Assembly (NCBI GenBank): GCA_965287045.1
Contig: OZ336886.1
Coordinates: forward strand, 6,448,001-6,512,000
Source: Carcharhinus amblyrhynchos
Lineage: Eukaryota
DNA: 64,000 nucleotides
Reading direction: 5' to 3'
Part shown: positions 25,015-38,430 of the stretch, one piece after another
Numbering within the stretch: the stretch's first letter is position 1
Layout of the letters: every line of letters begins with the position of its first letter
Made by a program: the position numbers and the translations under genes
The notes under the pieces: generated by a model
What the model saw: only the letters and a program-made list of their open reading frames with translations
Told to the model about the DNA's origin: nothing
Databases searched by the model: none

Positions 25015-25620
25015 GGCCATAAGACATAGGAGCAGAATTAGACCATTTGACCCATCGAGTCTGCTCCACCATTCAATCATGGCTGATACTTTTCTCATCC
25101 TCATTCTCCTGCCTCTTCCCCATAACCCCTGATCTCCTTATTAATCAAGAACTTATTTATCTCTGTCTTAAAGACACTCAATGATCTGGCCTCCTGCAAT
25201 AAAGAATTCCACAGATTCACCATCCTCCGGCTGAAGAAATTCCTCCTCATATCTGTTTTAAAAGATTGTCCCTTTAGCCTGATGTTAGCCCTCTGTTTCT
25301 ACCTTTTCCTACTAGTGGAAACATCCTCTCCACATCCACTCTATCCAGGCCTCGCAGTATCCTGTAAGTTTCAATAAGATCCCCCCTCATCCTTCTAAAT
25401 TCCAACAAGTACAGGCCTAGAGTCCTCAACCATTCCTCACACGACAAGCTCTTCATTCCAGGGATCATTCTTATGAGCCTCCTCTGGACCCTTTCCAAGG
25501 CCAGCACATCCTTCCTTAGACATGGGGCCCAAAACGTCTCACAGTAGTCCGAATGGGGGCTGACCAGAACCTTATGTAGCCTCAGAGGTACAGCCCTGCT
25601 CTTGTTTCTTGGCCCCTTCG
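25015..25620 (-). mobile_element. 5'-truncated CR1 LINE inserted in an L2-like remnant
   Basis: ORF with LERVQRRLIRMIPGM and cataagacatagg tail; flanking cacataa repeat at about 25008 and 25622 is a probable TSD. Confidence 0.85.
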
Positions 25621-26000
25621 ACACATAAAGAGATATTAGAACAGATGATTAAGAGCCTAATCAAAGAGGTAGGTTTTAAGAAGTGAGCTGAAGGAGAAGA
25701 GAGAAAGATAGAAAGACAGAGAGGCTTAGGGAGGGAATTCTGGAACTTGGAGTTTGAACAACTGAAGGCATTGTCACCAATGGCCGGGCCATGGATATCA
25801 ATAATGCACAAGAGGACAGAACTGGAGGACCAGAAAGTCCCTGGAGAATTGGAGTCCCAATGCTTTATGTTTGCCTCCTATAAGGGTTTGCCTCCTTATC
25901 ACAAAGGACTGTCACAGCTTCCTACAGATGGGGAGCACAATATAACTGCAAGTTGTTGCTGTATGTTCATTACTTAAAAAAAAATTGACAAGTTGCAAAC

Positions 26001-26126
26001 CTGTACATTCCGAAGGGCTTCTCCTGCTACTTCATCCAGCACTGATTTGACATCATCAATGGTGTAATTCGCCAAAACATCCACAACTGCAGTAATTTCC
26101 TCACTCTCTTCAGCCTTCTCCTCAAC
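26001..26126 (-). CDS. CABCOCO1: CABCOCO1 orthologue exon (126 nt)
   Basis: Acceptor ttttttgcag|G and donor CAG|gtttgc. Translates VEEKAEESEEITAVVDVLANYTIDDVKSVLDEVAGEALRNVQ (cf. FTIEDVKSVLDQV). Phase 0/0; follows an 85-nt intron. Confidence 0.9.
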
Positions 26127-26211
26127 CTGCAAAAAATGTCAGAGAGTGTATGATTTACAGCAACATGTATCTGCGAACAAGATCTTGTAAGTTGATAAAA
26201 TGTGGCAATAC

Positions 26212-26331
26212 CTCCACTTCTAATTCTTCTGGTGGTTGCATCAGTACGTAAGATGAGTAGATATCCCAGGTTAAACTCTCCTCTAGTGGTGAAGGGAATG
26301 GACTTGCTGATTGGATGATTTCTACTTCAAG
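26212..26331 (-). CDS. CABCOCO1: CABCOCO1 orthologue exon (120 nt)
   Basis: Acceptor ttgttttaag|C and donor GAG|gtattg. Translates LEVEIIQSASPFPSPLEESLTWDIYSSYVLMQPPEELEVE (cf. PFPNPLEEGISFDIYS). Phase 0/0. Confidence 0.9.
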
Positions 26332-26419
26332 CTTAAAACAAGGAGAAAGAGCACATCTTTCAGAGCTTTAAAGGTCAACTTTTGTGTCTTGTTCCCTAGG
26401 CAATGACAAACACACAAAA

Positions 26420-26705
26420 AGGGAGCATAGTGGTTAGCACTGCTGCTTCACAGTGCCAGGAACACGATTCAATTCCCAGATCAATGTGCGGAGTCTGTAT
26501 GTTCTCCCTATGTCTATGTGGGTTTCCTCTGGGTGCTCTGGCTTCCTCCCACAGTCCGAAAGATGTTCCGGTTAGGTGCATTGGCCACGCTAAATTCTCG
26601 ATCAGTGTATCCAAGCAGACACTGGAGTGTGGCGACTAGAGGATTTTCACAATACCTTCATTGTGGTGTTAATGTAAGCCTACTTGTGACACTAATAAAC
26701 TTTAA
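26420..26705 (+). mobile_element. HE1-like V-SINE, tail type b
   Basis: gtggttagcactgctgcttcacagtgccagg ... cttgtgacactaataaac. Confidence 0.85.
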
Positions 26706-27574
26706 ACTTCTTAAAAAGGTTTTGCCAAAACAAAACACTCCAAACATCTGTCCCATGAACACCTTCTTCTGTTTTGAGGCCTGTGTGTTTCCTTTTTCTC
26801 ATTTTTTCCAGAGATTCTCCCTTAAGTCGGTTCCTGGCTGCTCTTAGGACCAGGCTTCTATAATCTTCCACCATTAGCCATGCTTTCCCCCCTTCCCTGT
26901 CTACAAATGTATTTTTGTCATATTAACTTCCAGTCACTGTTGTGTTGTGGCCTCTGCACTAAAGTTCTGATTTCTCCATTATCCACACACCATGTCTATC
27001 CTACTTCTTCCTGTCTTTACCCAATGTGCCAGGCCCACTAATATAGCGTAGTGAGTCAGAATATGAGTCGAAGACTCATGAGATTAAATTCTGCCTTGGG
27101 CCTGCATGAAATGTATTTGAACAGCCAGGACCGAATTATCAATGTGATCCAAAACCCATATTGATGCTTCCCATTTCCCAGATTTGTGTCAAATCTGACC
27201 TGGCTGCATTTTACTTCCAAGTTCACGCTCATTACCTGTAGCAGCTGACGGCTGCTGCAACATAGGCTTCTGACATTTTTTGAATCACTCTCATCACTAA
27301 TACTTTGCCAGTCTTCAGTAAGTATCTTGGACTGGTTACTCTCTTTGCTTGCCAACTCAGTCCCCCTATTCAGAAGATGCACTCAGTCCATTCCCACTCC
27401 CGTTAAGCCTGCCACACACTTTTTGAATATGAACGTTTGTGCGTTCTTCCACTATTCCTTCAGTGCCATTCCTCAATGCCGTTTTCATGCCTCCACCCAG
27501 AACTAAGAACCTTGTGTTTATACAATGCCTTCCACGGCCCCAGGACCTTCTAATGCGCTGGACTGTCAATTCAG

Positions 27575-27912
27575 CACTATCGAAATGTAGTCAATGCAAG
27601 AGATGTAACAACAAATTTGTGCATAGTAAGCTCTCACAAACACCAACCTGATAACAATCAAAAAAGCTCTTTTAGAGATGTTAGTTGAGAGAAAAATATT
27701 CGCCAAGACACCAGAGAAACAACTCTTCTTTGAATAGTACCATAGGATTCTTAACATTTGGCTGAAAGGACACACAGAACCTCCATTTAACATCTCATCT
27801 GAAAGACAGCATCTCCACCAGAGTCACACTCACTCAATACAGCATGAGACTATCAGCCTCGATTATGGGCTCAAGTTCGTGGAGTTGAGGATTGAAACCA
27901 CAACATGCTGAC
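27575..27912 (-). mobile_element. SacSINE1/DeuSINE-like element
   Basis: tttaacatctcatctgaaagacagcatctcc and atcagcctcgattatgggctcaagttcgtggagt..ttgaaaccacaac. Confidence 0.6.
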
Positions 27913-30900
27913 TCTATTAACAATTTATCATATTTATTCATTTATAAATTAAATACCTATATCATTTTATATTTATAGATCTACTTTCCTTTTTTACACT
28001 TCCACAGTACTGCACTGGCTATAAATTGCTTTAGGATTTCTTTAAGTTGTAAGAGATGCTAAATAAATGTAAGTCTCTATTTTTTATTATTCAGATGTTG
28101 GGCATTTACATTATTTATATTTCACTTATCTGAAAATGCTGGCCTGCATTTTCCTCTCTGGCAGTGTTACAAGGTGGGATTGGTCTGGTAGAGGCTTCGC
28201 TGAATCTCCTTGGCTCAGTCTCATTTAAGTACTTGGCCAGATGTTCAAAGCTCAGGAACTTCAGAATGATGCATAGTGTTGTTAACATGCAATCAGCCAG
28301 CAACTTTTAGCAAAGAAGAGATATAATGTCCTGGGAAATTTGCACATTAATAGTCTCTCGTGCTTAAACCGCCTGTGATTTTTACAAGATAGCACATTAC
28401 TGACCAACAGAAAGTACAAGTAAGTTTCAGCAAGAATGGCAAGACTCAGGATACCTACAACACTCATCAGTCAGGCTGCCCAGCCACCCTGCCTTTGCAA
28501 CCTAGGATCACTCCAAATTCCACCAATAAAAGAAGCAGAGCACAAGCCCTTCACACTATTATGGTGCCTGCTTTGGTCACTTAATGTTCCTGCAACACTT
28601 CTCATTGTCTAATAACTCTGGGCATCTGGTGAATGCTGGGCATCCAGTGTCACTGAGAGCAAAGTGGAAAATTCACTGTATGATGTCACTCTATTCCTAT
28701 CACCTCATGTGAGTGCTTCCCTCCTGTATGAAGCGTGAAATTTCAGCTGTCTAAGCTGTTTTCTAATGGGGTGAATTGTGCAAGATTTAGACAACCAAAG
28801 CATTATATAGCCAACTTCAAGGTGTACACTGGTAGCGTTATTAGCATGCAACGATGTTGATTGGCATTTCCTGTTTTGTTCTACGCTGTGTTCTCTGGAG
28901 TACAATTTAAACGTTGCACTGTAAATGTTCTCTGCCGAGTACTTCCTTCACAAATTTCAGTCCTTCAGTCAGGCGATTTTTCACCCTATAATTTACAACC
29001 CTTTGTACCTATGACAACTAGATATATAATTAATTTTGTTGCATTTTTAAGTAATAGTAAAACTTCAGACTTCTGAACCACTCCCACTGTCAGTTAATGG
29101 TCTGGGATCTCAATCTTTAGCAAGCATGTTTTCTGTGACAGTTGACTCCATGCCATTATACTCAGGGAAATAAATGATCAATCATTGTTCAATAGCCTAT
29201 CACTGTAGCTCGCTTTAAGCAAAACGGCTTGTTTTAAGGGTTTCTTTAAAAAGAAACTACAATTAATGAGTAATGTAATGAAATCCTATGGTGCTTAGAG
29301 ACCTTCTAAACCACCAGGGCATGGTAACAGAAGTCATTCCTTTCAATCAAATTTTCCTTTTTGAAAACCTTGAAAATAAAATAATTAATATGAAACTAAT
29401 TAAATTTAATCCCATTTAAAATGTGACTGACAATATAGTAAATCACCCTTGACAAATATGTCCTAAATAACCTGTCTTCAATTTCAGATTCATGATTGTA
29501 TGATTTCATAAAATTCATGGGCAGGAGTTGTTCAAACACAAGGGTAAATCTAGACAGAAGGCAAACTTGTGTGAAGTAATTTAAGAACATAAGAGCAGTA
29601 GAAGTGCTGATTATGCACAAAGAGACATCTCAAAACACTTTACAGGGAGTGTATAGCAAGCTTGAAATGAGCAAGAGGCAAGAGATTCAGGAGGGAACAA
29701 AAGCTTAATCAAAGAGAAATTTCTTCAGGACATTTCCGTAAAGTTTATTTCAAGCCTTGCTTCACAGTTCCATAAAATTCAATTCCTATATAAATATAAT
29801 ATATTCTTTAAATTGTGAAAAGTATTCAATGCAATATTTCTATTCTGAAGAAATCAAGATTTAGTTCAGCAATACCCAGAATATTAAACAGCAACCTATA
29901 TATAGGGGTTATTAGCATCAGCAGAAACAAACACCCATTCATTCCAGCTATTACTGTAAAACTTGCTTCATCATTTTGTAAGCCAATGTTTTTTAAATAA
30001 CAACTTCCTTCATTTATTACTTCAGTTCAACAAAATGATCTCTGGTTGAACAGCAAAGTGACTATCAAATTATTTTGATCTTCAAAGTAATTAAAACCAA
30101 GCCATTAACAAATGTGCAACAAAACCTTGTATGTTTTTGAATGTTTGACAAATTGTTTACAAAGCAAACAGTTGAATTTCTGTCAAACCTCTTAATACAC
30201 GTATTTAGAACAGTTAAGAAATTTGAATATAGGATTAAAGTTTAAGCATTCAGAGGATATATTGAAACAAAAGCAGGAAACACTCTGGTCTTTATCCAAA
30301 TTCAATGCCCTTCCTTTAATTATCAGACTACTTCCTTGAACTGTAGAGTGGGCCAATTCTTAAAATGTGAAATAAATTGTCTGCAATCCAAAAAAAATGC
30401 ACACAACACGAGTTGCCACATGCACAGGATAACCTAGACTCTTCTTAATTGAGGTCAAATAACTGCTGTTCATCAAACCTACTAAAGTGTTCATTTATTT
30501 TCTTTCTGAGGAGGTTAGCTCCGGATGATTTTTCATTTTTTAAAACTACAGGAAATATCCCAAAAGATGCAAACATTTTGTCAACTGTGTCGCAGCAGTT
30601 GGTATAAGGGTGGATAATACCTGAAATAGGATTAAATGAAGTAGATAAACATTTGAAGAAATATAAAAATTATTTTTAATTTTCTACAACACATTTTAAA
30701 ATAAGGATACTGAAGAAAATAAACTTTCAACCCTAAAGATCTTTGTTTTCATAAAAATAATTCCTTTCATACCTTTCATGTAATAATATTTTGCTCCCTT
30801 ATAGTATTGGTCAAGTCTCTGTTTCTAAAATAAGAATGCTGTGAATACTGACATTTGGAATTTTGGTATCAGCAAAGCAACAGCAAGAAAGATCAAACTT

Positions 30901-31340
30901 TATACTATGCAGTGAGAGTAGATTTTCCCCAAAACACAACATTCCATCTTGCAGTTCAAAGAAAAGCCATTTCAGCCTTTATTTCTATTTTTGGAGTTGT
31001 GCTGCTATTGTAAGATATACAAACTAATGCATTAAAAAATCTCCTTTTACTATACAAATAAAATGAAAAACTGTTACTAAAATTCTGATGCGTACAATTT
31101 TACAATTATATTTTTGCTCAGATTTTATGTGCACTTTATCTTAGTTAATGTTAAATGAAGTTAACAACTTAATGGCCAAACAAGGGTAGACAATGAACAG
31201 ACAAGGTGGTTCCACATTAGATTTCCAGGCTGGCTAATTTCACCTGGACTTGTTGAAGAGTTATATTTAGTCTCTTTGTTCCAGGACAAGGGAGGAGAGA
31301 ACAGTGATGACGCATTTTTAAGAAATTATTGACTACTGAC

Positions 31341-31413
31341 CTTTCCGTCTAGAATGTCTATATCTGGAGTTTGATGGAAAAGGAACTCATACAGTTTGTA
31401 ATGCTGAAATAAA
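31341..31413 (-). CDS. CABCOCO1: CABCOCO1 orthologue exon (73 nt)
   Basis: Acceptor ttttttcctag|T and donor AAG|gtcagt. Translates SLFQHYKLYEFLFHQTPDIDILDGK; LFQHYKLY is the hallmark motif of the CABCOCO1/CFAP119 family. Not in the ORF track. Phase 2 in, phase 0 out. Confidence 0.92.
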
Positions 31414-31597
31414 CTAGGAAAAAAGATTCAGTCAATATAAATTGAACTCAAGTTTTCTAAAAAAAAATTAAATATTGAAATTACATTTAATATATACAGA
31501 AACATACCCTAAACAGTAAATGTCTGTTATACTCAAGAATTAAAACATTTTCAAACAAATATGACAAAAAGGCAAATGTTCATAATTGACAATTGAT

Positions 31598-32853
31598 TTT
31601 AGAAAGGTTAGTCATGGCACAAATCAATTCCTGCCTCCCAGACTGCCTGGAAACACTACAGTTCGCCTACTGCCGCAACAGGTCCGCAGCAGATGCCATC
31701 ACCCTAGCCCTACACTTAACTCTAGAACACCTAGACAACAAAGACACCTATGTCAGACTCCTATTCATAGACTGCAGCTCAGCCTTCAACACCATTACTC
31801 CTACAAAACTCATCTCCAAACTTCATCGTCTGGGGCTCAACTCCTCCCTTTGTGACTGAATCCTAGATTTCCTAACCCACAGACCACAGTTAGTAAGAAT
31901 AGGCAACAACACCATCTCCACGATCATCCTCAGCACCGGTGCTCCATAAGGCTGGGTCCTCAGCCCCTTACTATACTCCTTATACTCCCATGAACGTATG
32001 GCTAAATTCCCTTCCAACTCAATTTTCAAGTTTGCTGATGACACCACTGTTGTGGGCTGGATCTCCAACAGCGATGAGACACCGTACAGTAAAGAGATAG
32101 AGAATCTGGTGAACTGGTACAATGACAATAATCTTCTTTCAATGTCAAAAAAATGAAGGAGATAATCATCGCCTTCAGGAAGCATAGTGGAGGGCATACC
32201 CCTGTCTACATCAATGGGGATGGAGTAGAAATGGTCCAGAGCTTCAAGTTTTTGGTGTCCAGATCACCAATAACCTGTTCTGGTCCCTCCACGCGGATGC
32301 TATATAGATGGCTACATATGCCTCTACTTCCTCAAGAGATAAGGAAATTTGGCATGTCCACTACAACTCTCGCCAACTTCTACAGAAGAATTATAGAAAG
32401 CATCCTTTCCAGTTATATCACAGTTTGGTATGTCTCCTGCTCTGTGTCCAAGACTGCAATAAGCTACAAAGGGTCGTGAACGAAGCCCAGTCTATCACTC
32501 AAACCAGCCTCCCATCACTGACACTGTCTACACTTCCCGCTGTCTTGGGAAAGCAGCCAGCATAATCAAAAACCCGACATACTTAGGACATACTTTCTTC
32601 CATCCGGAAAAATATAAGAAGTCTGAGGATGCATTTCAACTCACTCAAAAGCAGCTTCGTCCCTGCTGCTAACAAACTTTTGAAAGGACCCACCTCCCAT
32701 TAAGTTGATCTCTACACACCCTAACTGTGACTGTAACACTACATTCTGGATTCTCTCCTTTCCTTCTCTATGCACGATATGCTTTTTCTGTATCAGGCTC
32801 AAGAAACAATACTTTTCACTGTATTTTACACATGTGACAATAATAAATCAAAT
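31598..32853 (+). mobile_element. Rex1/Babar LINE, 5'-truncated and degenerate
   Basis: [39 protein letters not shown]; tttgctgatgac (FADD); tail catgtgacaataataaatcaaat. Confidence 0.9.
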
Positions 32854-34032
32854 TTATTTGTTGACCATGTAACCAATCTGATGGTTAATGCAGTAAGCAG
32901 CTGAACATTAAGACCAGTAAGGTTTCAGGTTCATTGCCTAACCTGAGTTAAATTGCTTCAGCTAGGTCTAGGATTTGGGTCCTCTCTTGATTGGGGAGGT
33001 CAAAGCTGTGCATGGACCCACTTCCTGATCACTGTTCAATGATTCCTGCTAGAAGTGGACACTGACATTAGATGAGGAGGAGATGGGAATCAATGAAATG
33101 CCCCTGAAGTTAAACAGGTTGCCAATATTTGCTGTCACAAGTTCTGCATGAAGAATGAATACTTTTGTGAGTGACTGGAGATCACCAACACAGTCATTTT
33201 ATCTGGTTCATTACTATTCATCCATCTCGAGTACTCATTGGAGGTGATTGAACTTCTTGCAGCACTGTATCCAAGTACTCAAGGCTCAGCTTCTGGCACT
33301 GACTTCCATGGCTATCTGTTTCTGCTACCTTCTTAGTAAGTGTTTGGAGCCTCCTGCAGATTTTGGATATAACTTGTCCTCTTCACCTCCACCACGAACA
33401 CCTTAATCTAGTGCCAAAAAATATTGAAGCTCGTGCTCTCCCATGGCAAGCTATTTTTCAGTCTTTCCCATGTCAGATTATGTTCCCAGTGAACTGCCAA
33501 CACCTGCATCTTTCCTTTAAAAGCAGCAAGGGCAAGCTTTAATGCCAGCTAGTCATAATGTTGGTCCTTTGCTTTGGTCATGCAGCCAATCAACAATGTG
33601 GTTAGCACTGGCTGGATGTTGAAATCATTTAAAACTGCAAGCAGCATGAATAACGTGCTGCCTATGTTGCAGTCAATGGGCATGGGGTAATCATGCCCAG
33701 GCACAATTTTGAAAGCTTAACAGCTTAACAGCTGTTTTCTACTAATGGCCAAGAACTAAACTATATGAATTGCACACGTATCACGAAGCTTTGCTTCTGC
33801 AATTGTTCATATCTATACAAGAAACCATTTAGAACTTCAACTGGAAAGGATCTGGAAAAACTGAATAAAAATCCAAAGCACTTTGACACTTTCTATTGTT
33901 CATTACATATCAATATAAAAGACTGCATCAATATTATCTAAGCATTTAATGAGACTTTCTAAACTTAAATAAACTACTGGTAACTGTCAAATTTTAAAAA
34001 TTAAAGCATAATTCATGATCCCCAGGCATATT

Positions 34033-35330
34033 TTATAGTTATTTGGAGAGTAATGAATTGATTGGAGATAGTCAGCATGGTTTTGTAGCGGGTAGGTCGT
34101 GCCTTACTAACCTTATTGAGTTTTTTGAGAAAGTGACCAAAGAGGTGGATGGGGGTAAGGCAGTTGATGTGGTATATATGGATTTTAGTAAGGCGTTTGA
34201 TAAGGTTCACCATGGTAGGCTTCTGCAGAAAATGCAGATGTATGGGATTGAGGGTAATCTAGAAAATTGGATCAGGAATTGGCTAGCAGATAGGAGACAG
34301 AGGGTGGTGGTTGATGGTAAATATTCGTCATGGAGTTCGGTTACGAGTGGTGTGCCTCAGGGATCTGTTTTGGGGCCACTGCTGTTTGTAATTTTTATTA
34401 ATGATCTGGATGAAGGTATAGTTGGGTGGATTAGTAAATTTGCTGATGACACCAAAGTCGGAGGTGTGGTAGATTGTGAGGAAGGGTGTCATAGTTTGCA
34501 GGAAGACTTGGACAGGTTGCAGCGCTGGGCCGAGAGGTGGCGGATGGAGTTTAATGCGGAGAAGTGTGAGGTAATTCACTTTGGTAGGAATAACAGATGT
34601 GTTGAGTATAGGGCTAACGGGAGGACTTTGAATAGTATGGATGAACAGAGGGATCTAGGTGTATGTGTACATAGATCCCTGAAAGTTGGGAATCAAGTAG
34701 ATAGGGTTGTTAAGAAGGCATACGGTGTCTTGGCGTTCATTGGTAGGGGGATTGAATTTAGGAGTCGCAGCGTCATGTTGCAACTGTACACAACTCTGGT
34801 GCGGCCGCACTTGGAGTACTGTGTGCAGTTCTGGTCCCCACATTACAGGAAGGATGTGGAGGCTTTGGAGAGGGTGCAGAGGAGGTTTACCAGGATGTTG
34901 CCTGGTATGGAGGGGAGGTCCTATGAGGAGAGACTGAGGGATTTGGGGTTGTTTTCGCTGGAAAGAAGGCGGCTAAGAGGGGATCTTATTGAAACATATA
35001 AGATGATAGGAGTTTAGATAGGGTGGACAGTGATAGCCTTTTTCCTCGGATGGAGAAAGCTAGCATGAGGGGGCATGGCTTTAAATTAAGGGGGGGTAGT
35101 TATAGGACGGATGTCAGGGGTAGGTTCTTTACCCAGAGGGTGGTGAGGGATTGGAATGCCCTGCCTGCTGAGGTTGTAAATGCGCCTAGTTTGGGGGCGT
35201 TTAAGAGATCTGTGGATAGGTTTATGGACGAAAAGGGATTGGTTTAGGTTAGTGGGTCATTGTTTTTTAACTGTTCAGCGCAACATCGTGGGCCGAAGGG
35301 CCTGTTCTGCGCTGTAATGTTCTATGTTCT
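34033..35330 (+). mobile_element. Young 5'-truncated CR1 LINE of a second subfamily (RT domain)
   Basis: 324-aa ORF 34043-35017 with [24 protein letters not shown] and FADDTK; frameshift near 35010; tail gcgctgtaatgttctatgttcta. Confidence 0.95.
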
Positions 35331-36139
35331 ATTGCTTATACGTGGCCTCTCAACAAATCTACAGTGAGAGATCATACTGGCTTATCATGTTGGCTGATTG
35401 GTGTGGCAGGCCAATAAGATGGGCAAGAGGCGAAAAACTTGCTTTGCGCCCAGTTTCCCGTCTCTAACTGACCACGTTCTGCTCGGGTAATCAGACTCAC
35501 ACCAAGGCTGACTTAAATAGTCATTACTTCATTTTAATGATACTAGTGAGGCCGGGACACAATTGCCAGGGCTCACTTATCTTAACGGCCTCTCCGGAGG
35601 AGGACACCACCAGCAAGGATCATGTAACCCAGTGTACTGTGTACGCTTCGCATTTTGGATTACGCTATAAACTGAAATATCTTCTCTCTGTCTCCCCATG
35701 TGATTTTGAATGCAGTGTGTTTCTAAGATGCACAATATTTAAGTTAAAGGGGTGACTAATGAATTGAAATAAGACACAAATGCTTCATTTTCTATCACAT
35801 ACATCATAAAAGTATCTCTTACTGATTTAGCCAACAACAGATGTAGGTTCTGAATAAATCTACATCAGGAGTAAAGTTCAAGTATGAAACATTTCTCATA
35901 TCAGTGTTCATTTCAGTTCCTCAATTTTGAGTCTTTATTAATATTGTTGTTTGTTTGGAGGATAAACACCAACATGGACTGATTTAGCTGCATGTGTATC
36001 GAATTTGTAATTTCCATGTGATTAAACAAAGCAGCAATCCTGGGGCTCTTTCCCAAAAAATGTTTCCAAATATGTAGAAAGCAAAATTTTTCAATAAAAA
36101 GTATGATTTTGGACGATATTATAATCACCGTATTAGGAT

Positions 36140-36835
36140 AAATATAAAGGACATGGAAGCAGTACAGAAAGCACAAAGAAGATTTACGAGGTGACATCAC
36201 AACTGAGAGGATAGAACCCTCAGGAAAGATTGAACAGGCTGAAACTCTTTTCTGAGAAGGCTGAGGAGTGATTGACCCAACAGAGGTCTTTAAAATTTTG
36301 AAGGAATTCAATTGAGTAAGTGGAGAAGCTAAATCTACTTCCAAAAACCTGGGGCTGTAAATGTCAGATTATTACAATTAAAGATACAAAGGTCTGAGGA
36401 CACGTACCAACCCATCAAGAACAGCTTCTTCCCTGCTGCCATCAGACCTTTGAATGGACCTACCTCGCATTAAGTTGATCTTTCTCTATATTCTAGCTAT
36501 GACTGTAACACTACATTTTCCATTCTCTTCTTTTCTTCTCTATGAACAGTGTGCTTTGTCTGAATCGTGTGCAAGAAATGATACTTTTCACTCTATACTA
36601 ATACATGTTACAATAATAAATCAAATCAATAGGGAATTCAGGAGAAACGTCAGCACTCAGGAGTGTGATTAAAATGTGGAATGTGCTAATGAAGTGGTTG
36701 GTGCAAACTCATAGATGCATTGAAAGGGAAGCCACAAAAGTAATGAGATTAACATATCGAAGGATATGTTGATTCTTGTGTTGCGATGATGTTACTGGAG
36801 CGGGAGGAGGCTTGTGTGCAGCATGCATAAATGTT
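36140..36835 (+). mobile_element. Old CR1 3' remnant interrupted by a Rex1 3' end (about 36381-36628)
   Basis: agggaattcaggagaaac resumes after Rex1 sequence aagaacagcttcttccctgctgccatcagac..acaataataaatcaaatc. Confidence 0.7.
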
Positions 36836-38430
36836 ATGCAATTCCATGAATCAGCAAAAAGATATTAAAATGGGTAAAACTTGCATAACATATTTTGTTT
36901 TAATTCTTTGCAAGAGATCATAATGTACAAAATGTCATGTTATTGTGAAATATATATGGAATATATTTATGATAAAATTAAAGAAATCAATACAACAAAG
37001 CAAATAGACTGAACATAGCCTCACAAAGGGCTGCAGTGGCCTTGTGGCATATCATGTTCTTTAAATGATGCTTGTTACAGCAAATACCCCATTATGCAGT
37101 ATACCTTATACCACAACAAGAAAATGTCAAACCCAGGGATCAGTAAACTTAACAGATAACGTTAGAACTGAGGATCCCATAATAAAAGGTACTTGAATAT
37201 GCAATAGAATAAGGCCTAAAGGCAAAGCCAAGCAAACAATACACTTTAACAGATAATATGTAGATGGGTCAAATTGACAATTTACGGCTAACATGAATAT
37301 AACAAAATATGAAAGTCACCCAACAACATCCAGAATTGACTTTAGCTGGGGAATGAACAGCACTGTCATTAATAAGATTTGCTCCGGGCATTTAAGTTCT
37401 ACGAGTTTTTGCATACGCTGTGAGGATCAAAAGAGCACAGCACCCATTACATGACCAGCTGGGACCTGTCTGAATAGGGCAAGCAACTGTGCATCTCCTT
37501 AAATGAAGGACTAATAACAAGCTGCAGAGTCTGAAACAGAAAGTGTAAGAATAATAAATTCCATGTCAAATCAGGTACAGAATTGAGGAAGCAAGGAAGA
37601 TTTGATTGGAGAAAGTGGAAAAAAAAGGGATTATAGACAGAAAAAAAACTATCCCAACAGCAATTAAAAACTGAAGGAATGATACTTCACACTTATAAAA
37701 GTTAATTTCCAGAATTAGAAAAGTTGTTGTGCAGTAATTCACACTTAGCATAATATTAAAAATACACCTAGGCTAAAATGGACAAATCTTAACTTTCTGT
37801 GGCAAGTTTAGATTATATTTTAAAATCCCCACAGAGACCGACAAACTTAAAAAAAAGAAATTCAAACTTCCAATTGCTAGCCGAAAGGACAACACATGAT
37901 TTCATATCTAAAACTTTTACTGTGCAGACTAAAAGCACAATTGATTAAACATTACAGTATTGTTGTACACAACTTACTTTAAGAACAAAACATTCTCATT
38001 TTACTTTTAACACAATCAAAAAGTTATTTCACAGGTATACTAAGTCCGTTAAACAGTTCTTCAAGTTTCCCAGACCCAGTTTTATCCAAGTGATTAATAG
38101 TCCCCAAGGATTTACTTTGGTTCCTTTTCTTTTGCATTGTGATAACTTTGAGCCTGAGAGCGGTCTTTCACTGCAAGGATTTTTTTCTGCTGAATCTCCT
38201 TTTAGCGCAAGCAAAGCAAACCTTCTGTCTTGCTTCAAATCCTTTTCCCGTCCATCACACTGCCACTGAGAATTTGGTGGCCAGTCAATTTTCCATTCAC
38301 TGCGGCGGGACAGGAAAATCCCACCGGCGTTAAGGGTGGTGAAATTTCTCTCTAGATGCTCTATATTTCCTGGATCCTGGCAGGCTGATTGAGAGTTTCC
38401 AGGATATCTTTAAAATCTATCCCCTCTCAA

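Noticed and set aside
27056-27569. Two adjacent minus-strand ORFs with a good donor (CAG|gtaatg near 27235) inside a CABCOCO1 intron
   Set aside because: Not needed for the reading frame, no family similarity, and the ORFs are separated by a stop and frame change.
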